Source: Candidatus Sulfobium sp.
Lineage (GTDB): Bacteria > Nitrospirota > Thermodesulfovibrionia > Thermodesulfovibrionales > UBA6898
DNA: 64,000 nucleotides
Reading direction: 5' to 3'
Assembly (NCBI GenBank): GCA_037380845.1
Contig: JARRRI010000013.1
Location: 10,315 to 74,314 of the forward strand
Part shown: positions 32,672 to 43,280 of the stretch, one piece after another
How positions within the stretch are numbered: the first letter of the stretch is position 1
Layout: the number at the start of each line of letters is the position of its first letter
Program-made: the position numbers and the translations under genes
The notes under the pieces: model-generated
The model's input: only the letters and a program-made list of their open reading frames with translations
Databases searched by the model: none
Told to the model about the DNA's origin: nothing

Positions 32672-33016
32672 ATGAAGAAAGAAATAGCCTTGTTTTTCTC
32701 TACGACACCATATAGTTTCGAAAACACCCACACCATTATGAGGATCGCCGACGCAGCCCTCAAAAAAGGTCATAAAGTCAGGCTCATCGCGTCGGGAGAC
32801 GGGGTTTTTTCGGTCGTGAAAGGCCAGGTGCCCAAGTCTCTCGCCGCGCTGGAAGACCTTGTCGAAAGGGGTCTCAAGGTGGACATATGAACCGGCTGCA
32901 TGCAGGGTCGCGGTCTTGCGGCTGAAGACTCCATAGAGGGCGGGGAGATGAGTTCCCTGAAAGGTCTCCTGGACGTAATCGGGTCGAAACCGATATTTTT
33001 GAATTTCGGGATATAG
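32672..33016 (+). CDS. DsrE/TusD-family sulfur relay selenoprotein (Sec at TGA 32888-32890; UxxC)
   Basis: PYSFE, GDGV; the frame continues after TGA as U-TGCMQGRGL...FLNFGI to TAG 33014-33016, right before the next RBS; hairpin at 32902-32919. Confidence 0.85.
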
Positions 33017-33022
33017 GAGGAG

Positions 33023-33379
33023 ATGATGGGAGGCATCGGCATTGTCCTTAGAAGATCGCCTTACGGTTCTGTTGAGGCCGCTGAGGCCATAAGACATGCC
33101 CTCGGCGGGATAGGTGAAGGTTTTGACGTAAATCTCATGCTGATGGACGGAGGAGTCGAGGCCGCGCGAAAAAACCAGGACATCTCAGATACCGAATATC
33201 TGAGCGTTGAGGAAGGAATAAGAGACTGCCTGGATATGGGCGTAGCCGTATACGCGGAGAAAATTTCACTTGCAATGGCCGGTCTCTCTCCCGATAGCGC
33301 GGTGGAAGGAGTTGCGGCAGTAGATGAATCGGAGATAGCCGGGATGATTAAAGAGTCGGACACCACGATGATTTTCTAA
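33023..33379 (+). CDS. DsrE/DsrF (TusC-like) family protein
   Basis: RRSPYGS..AAEAIR, DGGV..A...Q, ends TMIF. Confidence 0.85.
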   Translation: MMGGIGIVLRRSPYGSVEAAEAIRHALGGIGEGFDVNLMLMDGGVEAARKNQDISDTEYLSVEEGIRDCLDMGVAVYAEKISLAMAGLSPDSAVEGVAAVDESEIAGMIKESDTTMIF

Positions 33380-33400
33380 TTTAACCAGTTGGGAGGATGT

Positions 33401-33688
33401 ATGGTAGTCCTTATAAAAAGTTCCCCGGACACTCCTGAAGGACAGAGAGGTGTCAGGATCGCGCGGGATATGTCGGCGGATATAGTTCTCCTGCAGAACG
33501 GAGTCTATTTTATTCAGGGGCAGAGGCTGGAAGACCTGGGAATCTATCGCGCGACATATGTGCTCGAGGATGACAGGAGATTGAGGGGACTGAAGCAGGC
33601 TGATGCCGACAAAAACATAAGAGACATCAGCTATGACGGCCTTGTCGACCTTATGGCGGAAAGCGACAAGGTAACAGGATTGTTTTAA
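33401..33688 (+). CDS. DsrH/TusB family protein
   Basis: LLQNGVY, YVLEDD..LRG, ISYDGLVDLM. Confidence 0.85.
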   Translation: MVVLIKSSPDTPEGQRGVRIARDMSADIVLLQNGVYFIQGQRLEDLGIYRATYVLEDDRRLRGLKQADADKNIRDISYDGLVDLMAESDKVTGLF

Positions 33689-33711
33689 GCAACTATGATG
33701 GGGAGGCTGAC

Positions 33712-34899
33712 ATGGCGAAAATACTTGTTTTGGGAGGCTCATTCGGCGGCCTTACCGCCGCGTTTGAACTGAAAAGACTTCTGGGAAAAAAGTCGGAAGT
33801 AACAGTAATGTCCGACGACGACAAATTCGTTTTCGTACCTTCGCTCCCCTGGCTTTCTCTGGGATGGAGAAAAGCCGGGGACATTACCCTGCCGGTAAAG
33901 TCCATTCTGGAGAAGAGGGGCATATCCTTTCTTCATGAAAAGGCAAAAGGTATAGAACCGGACTCATCCAAGGTAGTTACGGAAAAAGGAGAGACACCTT
34001 ACGACTACCTGGTCGTGGCGACCGGTCCCTACCTCGCGTTTGAAGAGGTACCGGGTCTGGGCCCGGAAAGAGGCCATACGGAATGCATCTTTACCCTTGA
34101 CCTGGCGGAGAAGGCGCATAAAGCCTGGGAGAGGTTTCTTGAAGAGCCCGGGCCCTTGGTCACAGGCTCTGTCCAGGGGGCCAGCTGCCTCGGGCCTCCC
34201 TATGAATACGCCTTTGAGGTAGACGGCGTCCTCCGGGAGCGGAAAATCAGGCACAAGGTTCCGATGGTATTCGTTACCTCAGAGCCCTATATCGGGCATT
34301 TCGGCATAGGGGGATTGAGAAATTCAAAGAGGTTGATGGAAGATGAATTCGCAAGGAGAGACATCAAGGTCGTCGCAAACGCGGTCATCGAGGAGTTTAC
34401 GCCGACGGAAGTGAAGCTGAAGGACGGCACGAATATCCCCTTCAAACTTGCCATGTTAGGCCCGGCGTTGAAAGGAGTGCCTGCCGTAGCCGACATCGGA
34501 AACCCGAGGGCCTTTATTCCGGTTGACGGCAAATATCGGCATGCGAAGTACAAAAACATCTTCAGCGTCGGCGTTGCCGTTGCGATGGCGCCTCCTGAAA
34601 AAACGCCCGTGCCGACCGGCGTTCCGAAGACCGGGCATATGACGGTGACGATGGCAAAATCCGCCTCACGGGTCGTCGCCTCCGACATAACGGGCGGTGA
34701 CGTACCTGAAGAAGAACCTTTGGGAGTCAAGTGTCTGATGGATATGGGCAACACAGCGGCGTACATGAGGGCAGATCCCGTTCTTCCGCCCAGGGAAGAG
34801 TCGGTCTTCGAGGAAGGCAGGCGTTTCCGGTGGGCGAAACTCGCATTCGAAAAATATTTCCTGTGGAAGATGAGAAACGGATTGAGTAACCTCCCCTAG
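33712..34899 (+). CDS. sqr: Sulfide:quinone oxidoreductase (FAD-dependent)
   Basis: GGSFGG FAD motif, FVPSLPW, SCLGPPYE, VPKTG, C..DMG, FEKYFL. Confidence 0.88.
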   Translation: MAKILVLGGSFGGLTAAFELKRLLGKKSEVTVMSDDDKFVFVPSLPWLSLGWRKAGDITLPVKSILEKRGISFLHEKAKGIEPDSSKVVTEKGETPYDYLVVATGPYLAFEEVPGLGPERGHTECIFTLDLAEKAHKAWERFLEEPGPLVTGSVQGASCLGPPYEYAFEVDGVLRERKIRHKVPMVFVTSEPYIGHFGIGGLRNSKRLMEDEFARRDIKVVANAVIEEFTPTEVKLKDGTNIPFKLAMLGPALKGVPAVADIGNPRAFIPVDGKYRHAKYKNIFSVGVAVAMAPPEKTPVPTGVPKTGHMTVTMAKSASRVVASDITGGDVPEEEPLGVKCLMDMGNTAAYMRADPVLPPREESVFEEGRRFRWAKLAFEKYFLWKMRNGLSNLP

Positions 34900-35011
34900 C
34901 CCGGCGCCGGATGTGGCATCCGGGATTAAAGTATGGTATCATGTCCTACCCGGCAGACCGGGGCATTCTTTGTTTATTTCAAGGCCCTGAAGGGGCCCGG
35001 AGGTGGGGCTT

Positions 35012-35443
35012 ATGAAGGTAAAGGAGTTGCTGGGGACCAAGGGGAAAGACGTGGTCTCCATCGATGATCACTACACGGTAGAGGACGCCATCACGTCGAT
35101 GAACGCCAGGAAGATCAGTGCGCTTATGGTAAACGACAAGGGCAAGGCAGTCGGCATCTTCACGGAAAGGGACGTGGTAAGGTCTTACATGGTCAACGCG
35201 GGTAAGAGCTTCAAGGAAATCTCTATAAAGGACGCGATGACGACTGACTTGATGGTTGCCGAAATGGAAGATGACATCAGCGACGTTATGGCGATCATGG
35301 TCGAAAAGAATATCAGGCATCTCCCGGTGATCGAGGACGGACAGGTTATCGGCATGCTTTCCATAAGGGACATCGTGCAGACCCACGTGGGAAAACTTAC
35401 ATCAGAGATTCATTATCTCAAGGACTACATTACGGGATACTGA
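35012..35443 (+). CDS. CBS domain protein
   Basis: GIFTERD, IRHLPV, GMLSIRDIV. Confidence 0.92.
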   Translation: MKVKELLGTKGKDVVSIDDHYTVEDAITSMNARKISALMVNDKGKAVGIFTERDVVRSYMVNAGKSFKEISIKDAMTTDLMVAEMEDDISDVMAIMVEKNIRHLPVIEDGQVIGMLSIRDIVQTHVGKLTSEIHYLKDYITGY

Positions 35444-35819
35444 GAAGAGCCGATAGATTTATCGAACCCCCGGGCCGGCGATTTATCCGGCAGCAGTTTT
35501 CTTCAGTCCCCCCTTATCTGGGCGGATTCTTTTTGCGCGTTGCTGAATCAGGACTTTGCCTGGGCGTGAATGCCAAAGACGGGGGCCCTCTCCTGCCTGC
35601 CCCCCCTGAAGCCCATCGCTTATTGCTCAGAATTCTTCACATTTTTTTCATATCTAACTAATAGAATAAAAGGGATAGGAGCCGGGCAGAACACCTTATT
35701 ATTCCATCCGCAGTTTCTGGATAAATGCCGTCGCGGTACATCAGTTTACAACGCCTCCGGATTTAGGGCGCGGCCCCGGCCGTCCGGAAAAATGATAAAA
35801 TATAATAGGTTTATAAAAT

Positions 35820-36293
35820 ATGCTTATGAATGATAAACTCGACGAAATTATAGGAAGATACAGGGAAAAAAAGGGGAATATAATATTCCTCCTGCAGGAA
35901 ACCCAGGCCGCCTTCGGTTTTATACCGAGGGAAGCAGTCAATTTCTTCTCCGAAGAACTCGGCATCGCCCCCAGCCGCTTTTTCGGCATCGCCACGTTTT
36001 ACTCCCAGTTCCGGCTCCACCCCGCCGGGAAAAACAGGATAACCGCCTGCTGCGGGACGGCCTGTCACGTCAAGGGCTCCGAGAAGATAATCAGAAGTCT
36101 GAGGCGTGAGCTCCAGCTGCCCGAGGGGAACGACACAACAGCCGACGGGGAGTTCACACTTGAAGAGGTGGCCTGTCTCGGCACGTGCAGTTTCGCACCG
36201 GTCGTCCTTGTAAACGGAGACGTCCGCGGCAGGGCCAGTGCACAGAAAGTCACGAGGGAGATAGGTTCACTGAGGAAGAAGAATGAGGGATAA
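35820..36293 (+). CDS. NuoE-like [2Fe-2S] subunit of NAD-linked formate dehydrogenase
   Basis: ATFYSQF, CCGTACHVKG, CLGTC. Confidence 0.92.
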   Translation: MLMNDKLDEIIGRYREKKGNIIFLLQETQAAFGFIPREAVNFFSEELGIAPSRFFGIATFYSQFRLHPAGKNRITACCGTACHVKGSEKIIRSLRRELQLPEGNDTTADGEFTLEEVACLGTCSFAPVVLVNGDVRGRASAQKVTREIGSLRKKNEG

Positions 36294-38061
36294 GACGGTG
36301 ATAAGGGTCTGCATGGGCCCGGCGGGCATAGCGGCAGGCGGCAAGGCCGTCCTCGAGGCGTTCAGGAGAGCCTTGTCGGAGGCTTCCGCAGAGGCAGACG
36401 TTGTGGAGAACTGTTCCTCGCACCAGGTGGGTTGCCTGGGACTCTGCGCACGGGACGTGCTGGTTGAGGTCCTGATGAACGGCGTGAAAACAGTCTATCA
36501 GTATGTGAAGCCCAATATTGTGGAGAGGATAGTGAAGGAGCACATCGTCGGGGGTATGCCCGTAGAGGAATGGAAAATCGACGACGCCTATGATTCCTTT
36601 TACGGAAAGCAGGTCAAGGTGGTGCTTCAAGACTGCGGCAGGGTCGATCCGGAGGATATCGAGTCGTACATCGGCATCGGCGGGTATGAGGCGGTCCGCA
36701 GGGTACTTTACGCCTGGACGCCGGACGACGTGATCGGGGAGATAAAGTCTTCGGGCCTGAGGGGCCGCGGCGGCGCCGGATTTCCAACGGGTCTTAAGTG
36801 GGAACTCGGGAGGAGAAGCAGCGGCGATGTCAAGTACATCATCTGCAATGCCGATGAAGGTGACCCCGGCGCCTTCATGGACAGGGCGGTCATAGAAGGG
36901 AACCCCCATTCGGTAATAGAGGGCATGATCATCGGCGCCTACGCCGTAGGGGCCCATAAGGGATACGTCTACATCAGGGCCGAATATCCTCTGGCCGTAG
37001 AGAGGCTGCAGCTCGCGCTGGAGCAGGCGTCCCGGAAAGGCTTTCTGGGAAGCAGCGTCTTCGGCAGCTATTTCGATTTCGACATCGAGATCAAGCTGGG
37101 GGCGGGTGCCTTCGTATGCGGGGAAGAGACGGCTCTCATCGCGTCGATAGAAGGACAGAGAGGCATGCCGAGGTCGAAGCCGCCATTCCCGGTCAACAAG
37201 GGATTATGGCAGAGGCCTACAGTAATCAACAACGTCGAGACCCTGGCAAACATAGCGTCCATCATCAGCCACGGGGCCGGCTGGTACTCCTCTTACGGAA
37301 CGGAGCGCTCCCGGGGGACGAAGGTCTTCGCCCTCACCGGGAAGATAAAGAATACGGGCCTCATAGAGGTCCCGATGGGCATTAGCATGAGGGAGATAAT
37401 CTACGATATAGGCGGAGGCATCGACGGAGACGGGGCGTTGAAGGCGGTGCAGACCGGCGGCCCCTCGGGAGGATGCATACCGGCCGGCATGGCCGACCTC
37501 AGTGTCGACTACGAGTCTCTCTCCAGGGCCGGTTCCATCGTGGGTTCGGGGGGGATGATCGTGCTCGACGAAAACGATTGCATGGTCAACATGGCAAAGT
37601 ATTTCGTACAGTTCACACAGGCCGAATCGTGCGGAAAGTGTGTACCCTGCCGGGTGGGGACGAAGAGGCTGCTTGAGATCCTGGACCGCATCACAAAAGG
37701 GCAGGGGAGGGAGGGCGATATCGAGCGCCTGGAGAGGCTGAGCAGGGGGGTGAAGGTCACTTCGCTCTGCGGGCTCGGCCAGACCGCGCCGAACCCGGTC
37801 CTCAGCAACCTCCGGTATTTCAGGGATGAATTCGAGGCGCATATCAGGGACAGGAAGTGCCCTGCAGGGGTATGCAGGGAACTCCTCACCTATCGCATCG
37901 TGGAAGAATCCTGCACCGGATGCGGCGCATGCCTGAGGGCCTGCCCCGCGGGCGCCATCAGCGGTGAAAAGAAGAAGCCGCACGTCATAGACCCCGACAT
38001 ATGCATCAGGTGCGGGGCCTGTTTCGACGTGTGCAAATTTAAGTCGGTGGAGAAAGATTAG
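36283..38061 (+). CDS. NuoF/HydB-like NAD(H)/FMN-binding subunit
   Basis: GRGGAGFPTG, NADEGDPGAFMDR, CGEETAL, CGKCVPCRVG, C-terminal 2x[4Fe-4S]. Confidence 0.95.
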   Translation: MRDKTVIRVCMGPAGIAAGGKAVLEAFRRALSEASAEADVVENCSSHQVGCLGLCARDVLVEVLMNGVKTVYQYVKPNIVERIVKEHIVGGMPVEEWKIDDAYDSFYGKQVKVVLQDCGRVDPEDIESYIGIGGYEAVRRVLYAWTPDDVIGEIKSSGLRGRGGAGFPTGLKWELGRRSSGDVKYIICNADEGDPGAFMDRAVIEGNPHSVIEGMIIGAYAVGAHKGYVYIRAEYPLAVERLQLALEQASRKGFLGSSVFGSYFDFDIEIKLGAGAFVCGEETALIASIEGQRGMPRSKPPFPVNKGLWQRPTVINNVETLANIASIISHGAGWYSSYGTERSRGTKVFALTGKIKNTGLIEVPMGISMREIIYDIGGGIDGDGALKAVQTGGPSGGCIPAGMADLSVDYESLSRAGSIVGSGGMIVLDENDCMVNMAKYFVQFTQAESCGKCVPCRVGTKRLLEILDRITKGQGREGDIERLERLSRGVKVTSLCGLGQTAPNPVLSNLRYFRDEFEAHIRDRKCPAGVCRELLTYRIVEESCTGCGACLRACPAGAISGEKKKPHVIDPDICIRCGACFDVCKFKSVEKD

Positions 38062-38062
38062 G

Positions 38063-40849
38063 ATGATAAAGCTGAAGATAGACGGAAGGGACGTAGAGGT
38101 CCCTGAAAATACAACGATCCTCCGGGCGGCAAAGATGCTCGATATCCCCGTGCCGACGCTCTGCGCCCATCCGAAGCTCACCCCGTTCGGGGGCTGCAGG
38201 ATGTGCATAGTGGCGATAAAGGACATGCCGAAACCGGTGACGTCCTGCAATACCCTTGCGAGGGAAGGGATGGAGGTATCGACCTCTACCCCGGAAATAG
38301 AAGACCTGAGAAGGCTTATTCTCGAACTTATCCTCTCCGACCATCCCAATGATTGCATGGTCTGTGAGCAGGCCGGCAACTGCACACTGCAGGAGCTTGC
38401 TTACGCCTACGGCATAAGGGAGAACGAGTTTGAAGGGGAGCGGAGGACATACGAGAAGAGGGACGGCAACCACTTCATAGAAAGGGACCTGGAGAAGTGC
38501 ATACTCTGCGGCAGGTGCGTAAAGGTCTGCGACGAGGTCCAGGGAGTGGAGGCCATAGACTTCGGTTACCGCGGCTTCCGGTCGAAAATATGCACCCCCT
38601 ACGAAGACGACCTGGACTGCGAGTTTTGCGGACAATGCATCACGGTCTGTCCGACGGGCGCCCTTACCGGCAAACAGTGGCTTGGGAAGGGAAGGCCGGG
38701 TGAACTGAAAGAGGTGGATACGGTCTGTCCCTACTGCGGCACGGGCTGCAATATCACTGTCCAGACGAAACGCAATGAGATATCCAGGGTTATACCCAGA
38801 GAGAATACGTGGAACGAGGGATGGCTCTGTGTGAAGGGACGGTTCGGCTACAGGTTCGTAAACAGCCCGGACCGGCTTAAAAAACCGCTCATGCGAACCG
38901 CTCCCAAACCAGAAGTCGGAATGCAGAAGTTGGGAGAAGACTCCTCACAGCTTACTCCTGACTCCTCACTTTTCAGGGAAACGTCCTGGGAGGAGGCCCT
39001 TGACCATATCGCGTCGCGTCTGGGCGAGATCAGGGCAGCACACGGCCCTGATGCAATCGCCGGACTCTCCTCCGCCAGGTGCACCAACGAGGAGAACTAC
39101 GCATTCCAGAAATTCATGAGGGCCGCTGTGGGGACCAACAACGTAGACCACTGCGCACGGCTTTGACACTCGCCGACGGTGGCCGGGCTGGCCGCCATAT
39201 TCGGCTCCGGGGCCATGACGAATTCGATCAGGGAGATCGAGGGGATGGATGTCATCTTCATCGTGGGTTCGAATACCAAGGAGACCCACCCTGTCATCGC
39301 AAACAGGATGATAAAGGCGTACCGCAGGGGCGCAAAGATCATAGTCGCCGACCCAAGGAGGGTGCCGATGGTGAAATTCGCCGAGGTATTTCTCAAGATG
39401 AGACCGGGCACCGACGCGGCCCTGCTCAACGGGATTGCCCATGTCATAGTTAAGGAGAATCTCCAGAACGACGAGTTCATAAGGGAAAAAACGGAGGGAT
39501 TTGAGGAGTGGAAAAAGTCCCTGGAAGAGTTTGATCCCGGGAGCGTCGAGGAGATAACAGGGGTGCCGAAGGAGGATATCGTCATGGCCGCGAGAATCTA
39601 CGGCGGCTCGCGGAGGGCCGGCATCTTCTACACCATGGGAATCACCCAGCATACCTGCGGGACCGACAACGTAAAGGCGGTGGCCAACCTGGCGACGCTC
39701 ACGGGGAATATCGGCCGCGAATCTACCGGCGTGAACCCTCTGAGGGGACAGAACAACGTGCAGGGCGCTACGGACGCGGCCTGCGTACCCGACGTTTATC
39801 CCGGCTACCAGAAAGCAGACTCGCCTGAAGTAAGGAAGAAGTTCGAGGAGGCGTGGGGCAGGGCGCTGTCACCTTCCCCCGGCCTGACGGCAACCCAGAT
39901 GATAGACGCCGCTTCTGGCGGCGAAATAAAGGCGATGTACATCATGGGTGAAAACCCGGTCATCACCGACCCTAATATGAATCATACCGTAAAGGCTTTG
40001 GGAAGCCTTGATTTTCTCGTGGTGCAGGACATCTTCATGACCGACACGGCACGTCTTGCGGACGTGGTGCTGCCGGCGGCATGCGCCTTCGAAAAGGACG
40101 GGACCTTTACGAACACCGAGAGAAAGGTGCAGCGGGTGAGACAGGCGGTCCTGCCGCCGGGAGAGGCCCGGGACGACCTGTCGATCATTACCGCACTGTC
40201 GAAGCGACTGGGGTACCCGATGGAATACTCTTCTCCGGAAGAGGTGCTGAGTGAATTCGGCCGGCTCTGGCCCAATCTTGCGGGAATTACGTACCGGCGT
40301 CTTGAAGAAGGGGGGCTTCAGTGGCCGTGCCCCTCCGAAGGGCATCCCGGGACCGGGTTTCTTTACAAAGACGGCTTCCCCAAAGGGAAGGTGCGTTTTG
40401 CACCGGTGGGGTTCTGTCCTCCTGCGGAGATTACGGACGACGAGTATCCTTTTATCCTCACTACCGGAAGAAATCTCTTCCAGTATCATTCCGGCTCTAT
40501 GACCAGGAGGGTCATGTCGATAGAAAGCCACGCCGGCGAGCCCTATGTGGAGGTCAGCGTCCCCGACGGGGAGCGGCTCGGAATAAGACAGGGAGACAAG
40601 GTGCGGGTATCATCCAGACGCGGCGGGATCACGGTCAAGGCCAGGGTCACACCGAGGGTCCCGGAAGGCACGGTCTTCATCCCGATGCATTACCGTGAGG
40701 CCGCCGCCAACTTGATCACCAACGACGCCCTGGACCCGCACGTAAAGATACCGGAATTCAAGGTATGTGCGGTCAGGGTGGAACCGGTCGAAGAAGAAAG
40801 CTCTGAAAATCCTCCCCGGCTGGAGGCTTCGGGAATCCCTGAAAACTGA
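38063..40849 (+). CDS. fdhA: Formate dehydrogenase alpha subunit, selenocysteine-containing (Sec at TGA 39164-39166), with N-terminal Fe-S domains
   Basis: ORFs 38063..39166 and 39179..40849 are in frame and join as DHCARL-U-HSPTVAGL; SECIS-like GGTGGCC-GGGCT-GGCCGCC (39178-39196); RGQNNVQG, PEFKVCAV. Confidence 0.96.
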
Positions 40850-41097
40850 AGTTGGCCGCATACCGGCCACAGACATAAAAACCGGCTTTCTATCGGGTTG
40901 CAGGTAATTCCCGTGTGACTTCTTTTTCGATTTGAATGAGACGTCGAATGTGATAACATCATTTTATAGATTGGGAAAGTCTTCAGGGCACGGCAATTGT
41001 CAGACAACCGGATGCGGCATGCCGGATCAGCGGCGTCGGCCGCACTTATTGTAATTACAGAGGAATCCGGGTTGAAGAACCAGGGGAGGACTGTCCA

Positions 41098-41892
41098 ATG
41101 GATAAACCCCATCAGGTGATGCCGGATATCTATATCCTGCCCGCACATTTCCCGATCCCCGGTGCGGGATTTCTTCCGGTCAATGCATTTGTCATCAAGG
41201 CCGAAGAGCCGGTCCTCGTCGACACGGGAATGGGCATTGACAGCGATGAGTTTATGAAGGCCCTCGAATCGGTCATCGACCCTCATGACCTGAAGTGGTT
41301 GTGGCTTACCCACGATGATGCGGATCATACCGGCAACATCCGCGGAATTCTCGACGCTGCGCCGGGAGTCAGGCTTGCGGCGAACTCCCTGGCCGTGCTC
41401 AGGATGAGCACGGCGTGGCCGGTACCCATGGACCGGGTCTACTGGCTTAATCCGGGAGACAGCATTACGGCGGGTGACCGCAAGCTGACCGCCGTCCGGC
41501 CGCCCATGTTCGATAACCCGACTACTGTCGGTATCTACGATAATAAGTCGGAAGCCTTTTTCTCCGCTGATTTCTTTGGCGCCATCATCCCGTCGCCGGC
41601 GCAGAATGTGGATGACGTTGCGGAAGGAGATCTGGCCAAAGGCATGATCAGCTGGGCCAGCGCAGACAGCCCCTGGGCTCATATGATCGAGCCGGGCGGA
41701 TTCGTTAAGGCGCTGGACAGGATTCGCCGGATCGGTCCGAAAACGGTCCTCTCGGCGCACTTGCCGCCGGCGAGGGCAAGGACGGAGCAGTTGCTGGAGC
41801 TGCTTGCGGAGGTGCCTGCGTCGACCCCATTTGTTACTCCGGGCCAGACGGCACTGGAACAGATATTGGCTCAGATGAGGGGCCGGGGCTGA
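41098..41892 (+). CDS. MBL-fold metallo-hydrolase (flavodiiron/ODP-like domain)
   Basis: LVDTG, THDDADHTG, FSADFFG, SAH. Confidence 0.88.
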   Translation: MDKPHQVMPDIYILPAHFPIPGAGFLPVNAFVIKAEEPVLVDTGMGIDSDEFMKALESVIDPHDLKWLWLTHDDADHTGNIRGILDAAPGVRLAANSLAVLRMSTAWPVPMDRVYWLNPGDSITAGDRKLTAVRPPMFDNPTTVGIYDNKSEAFFSADFFGAIIPSPAQNVDDVAEGDLAKGMISWASADSPWAHMIEPGGFVKALDRIRRIGPKTVLSAHLPPARARTEQLLELLAEVPASTPFVTPGQTALEQILAQMRGRG

Positions 41893-42210
41893 CAGGGCGG
41901 AGCCGTCGTCCTTCTTTGCTGAGATATCTGTCCCTTCTTCTCCTTGCGGACTGTTACACTTCGAAAAACCTCGCTCATCGCGGGAGTTGTAATCCTGATC
42001 ACATACAACGTCCTTCTTCTCTGGTATCTTTTGAGCGATGGGAATGCACGACACGACAACACCAACCGTTTATTAAGAAAACTTAACTTCTCTTTTTGCT
42101 TCCCCTTATGTATTGTTGTAATAAAGCCGGCTTAACAAGGAGGTGATTTGGTTGTAACCCGGCGGTCGAACAACAGGATGCAAATTCACTATTTTTCGAA
42201 GGAGGAGAAA

Positions 42211-42956
42211 ATGTTCAGGAGCACTCTTTTTGCTGTCTTGACAGGCCTTATCGCTGTTTTCGCTTTCGGCACGGCATATGCCGGTTCTGCACAGGCTGAC
42301 CAAAACCTGATATACGCATATTACAGCGTCCATGACGGCGCTAATAATATGTCGGTTGTCCAGACGACGACAACCTGCTCGATTCCGACCCCTGCCTTCA
42401 AGCAGGCATTCACCTATACTCCCGTCACGGACCCGGTGATAGCCTGTGATCCGGCTGAAGCGAAACCCATAGGAGTCGGCGACATCGCCCAGGGTGGCGG
42501 CAGCCTCGAGATCAATGTGGACGTCGGCCCGTTCGATGAGCCGGTCGATGTTTCGTTGGGCATATTTGACGCATCATTTGACGCTTCCAATATATTCTTC
42601 ATAAATGTGTATAATGAGATCACTTCACTTCAGGACGAATTTGCAGACGCCTCGGACGTGCAGGGCGGACTGGTCCAGAACAATCCTCCGGGCCAGTCAA
42701 ACGGGAAGAAAAACTTCAAGAGGCTCGTACTCCTCCGGGCCAGTCAAACGGGAAGAAAAACTTCAAGAGGCTCGTACCATGGAAAAGCAATGTGCTTGAG
42801 GTGCACGACACTATAGCCTCTGCCGACGTGGCGGACCTGCCGCCCGGATTATATGTACTCATACTTAATGTTACGCGGTCAAGCCCGGCAAATAACAATT
42901 ACGACCGCTTTTACCGCTGGGTAACCTATTTCATCGTTCCCGACAATGTCCAGTAG
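42211..42956 (+). pseudogene. Exported hypothetical protein frameshifted by a 47-bp tandem duplication
   Basis: GGAGG RBS and signal peptide; removing one repeat copy gives a 232-aa ORF ending at TAG 42954-42956, followed by a terminator. Confidence 0.75.
42684..42777 (+). repeat. Exact 47-bp tandem duplication
   Basis: TCCTCCGGGCCAGTCAAACGGGAAGAAAAACTTCAAGAGGCTCGTAC at 42684-42730 and 42731-42777. Confidence 0.97.
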
Positions 42957-42970
42957 CTGACAGAGTTTGA

Positions 42971-43000
42971 GGTCCGCTGCCTCCCGGCAGCGGACCGTTT
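42971..43000 (+). terminator. Rho-independent terminator-like hairpin
   Basis: GGTCCGCTGCC-TCCC-GGCAGCGGACC followed by GTTT. Confidence 0.65.
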
Positions 43001-43203
43001 CCGCCTGGTGGCTGTCCCCGGTTATTCGAACATGCGCCTTTCAGGTCACCACCATCCCTCCCGTTTGCTCCCTCGGCATGACATGCTTTGGTGCCTGACA
43101 GACCCTATCGCGGCCCTGGTTTTGCTTAGGAAATTGCACATCAAATATCTGGTAAAGATTTGCGGACAAAGGCCAAATGAGCACATAGAATCAAGAGGGA
43201 AGA

Positions 43204-43280
<77 letters not shown>

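Noticed and set aside
39164..39166. fdhA as a nonsense pseudogene or two genes
   Set aside because: The TGA sits at the canonical Sec position with a SECIS-like hairpin
40690..42054. 454-aa minus-strand ORF
   Set aside because: Overlaps the MBL hydrolase and the end of fdhA in antisense
42684..42777. Direct repeat as a CRISPR array
   Set aside because: Two abutting copies with no spacer and no cas genes
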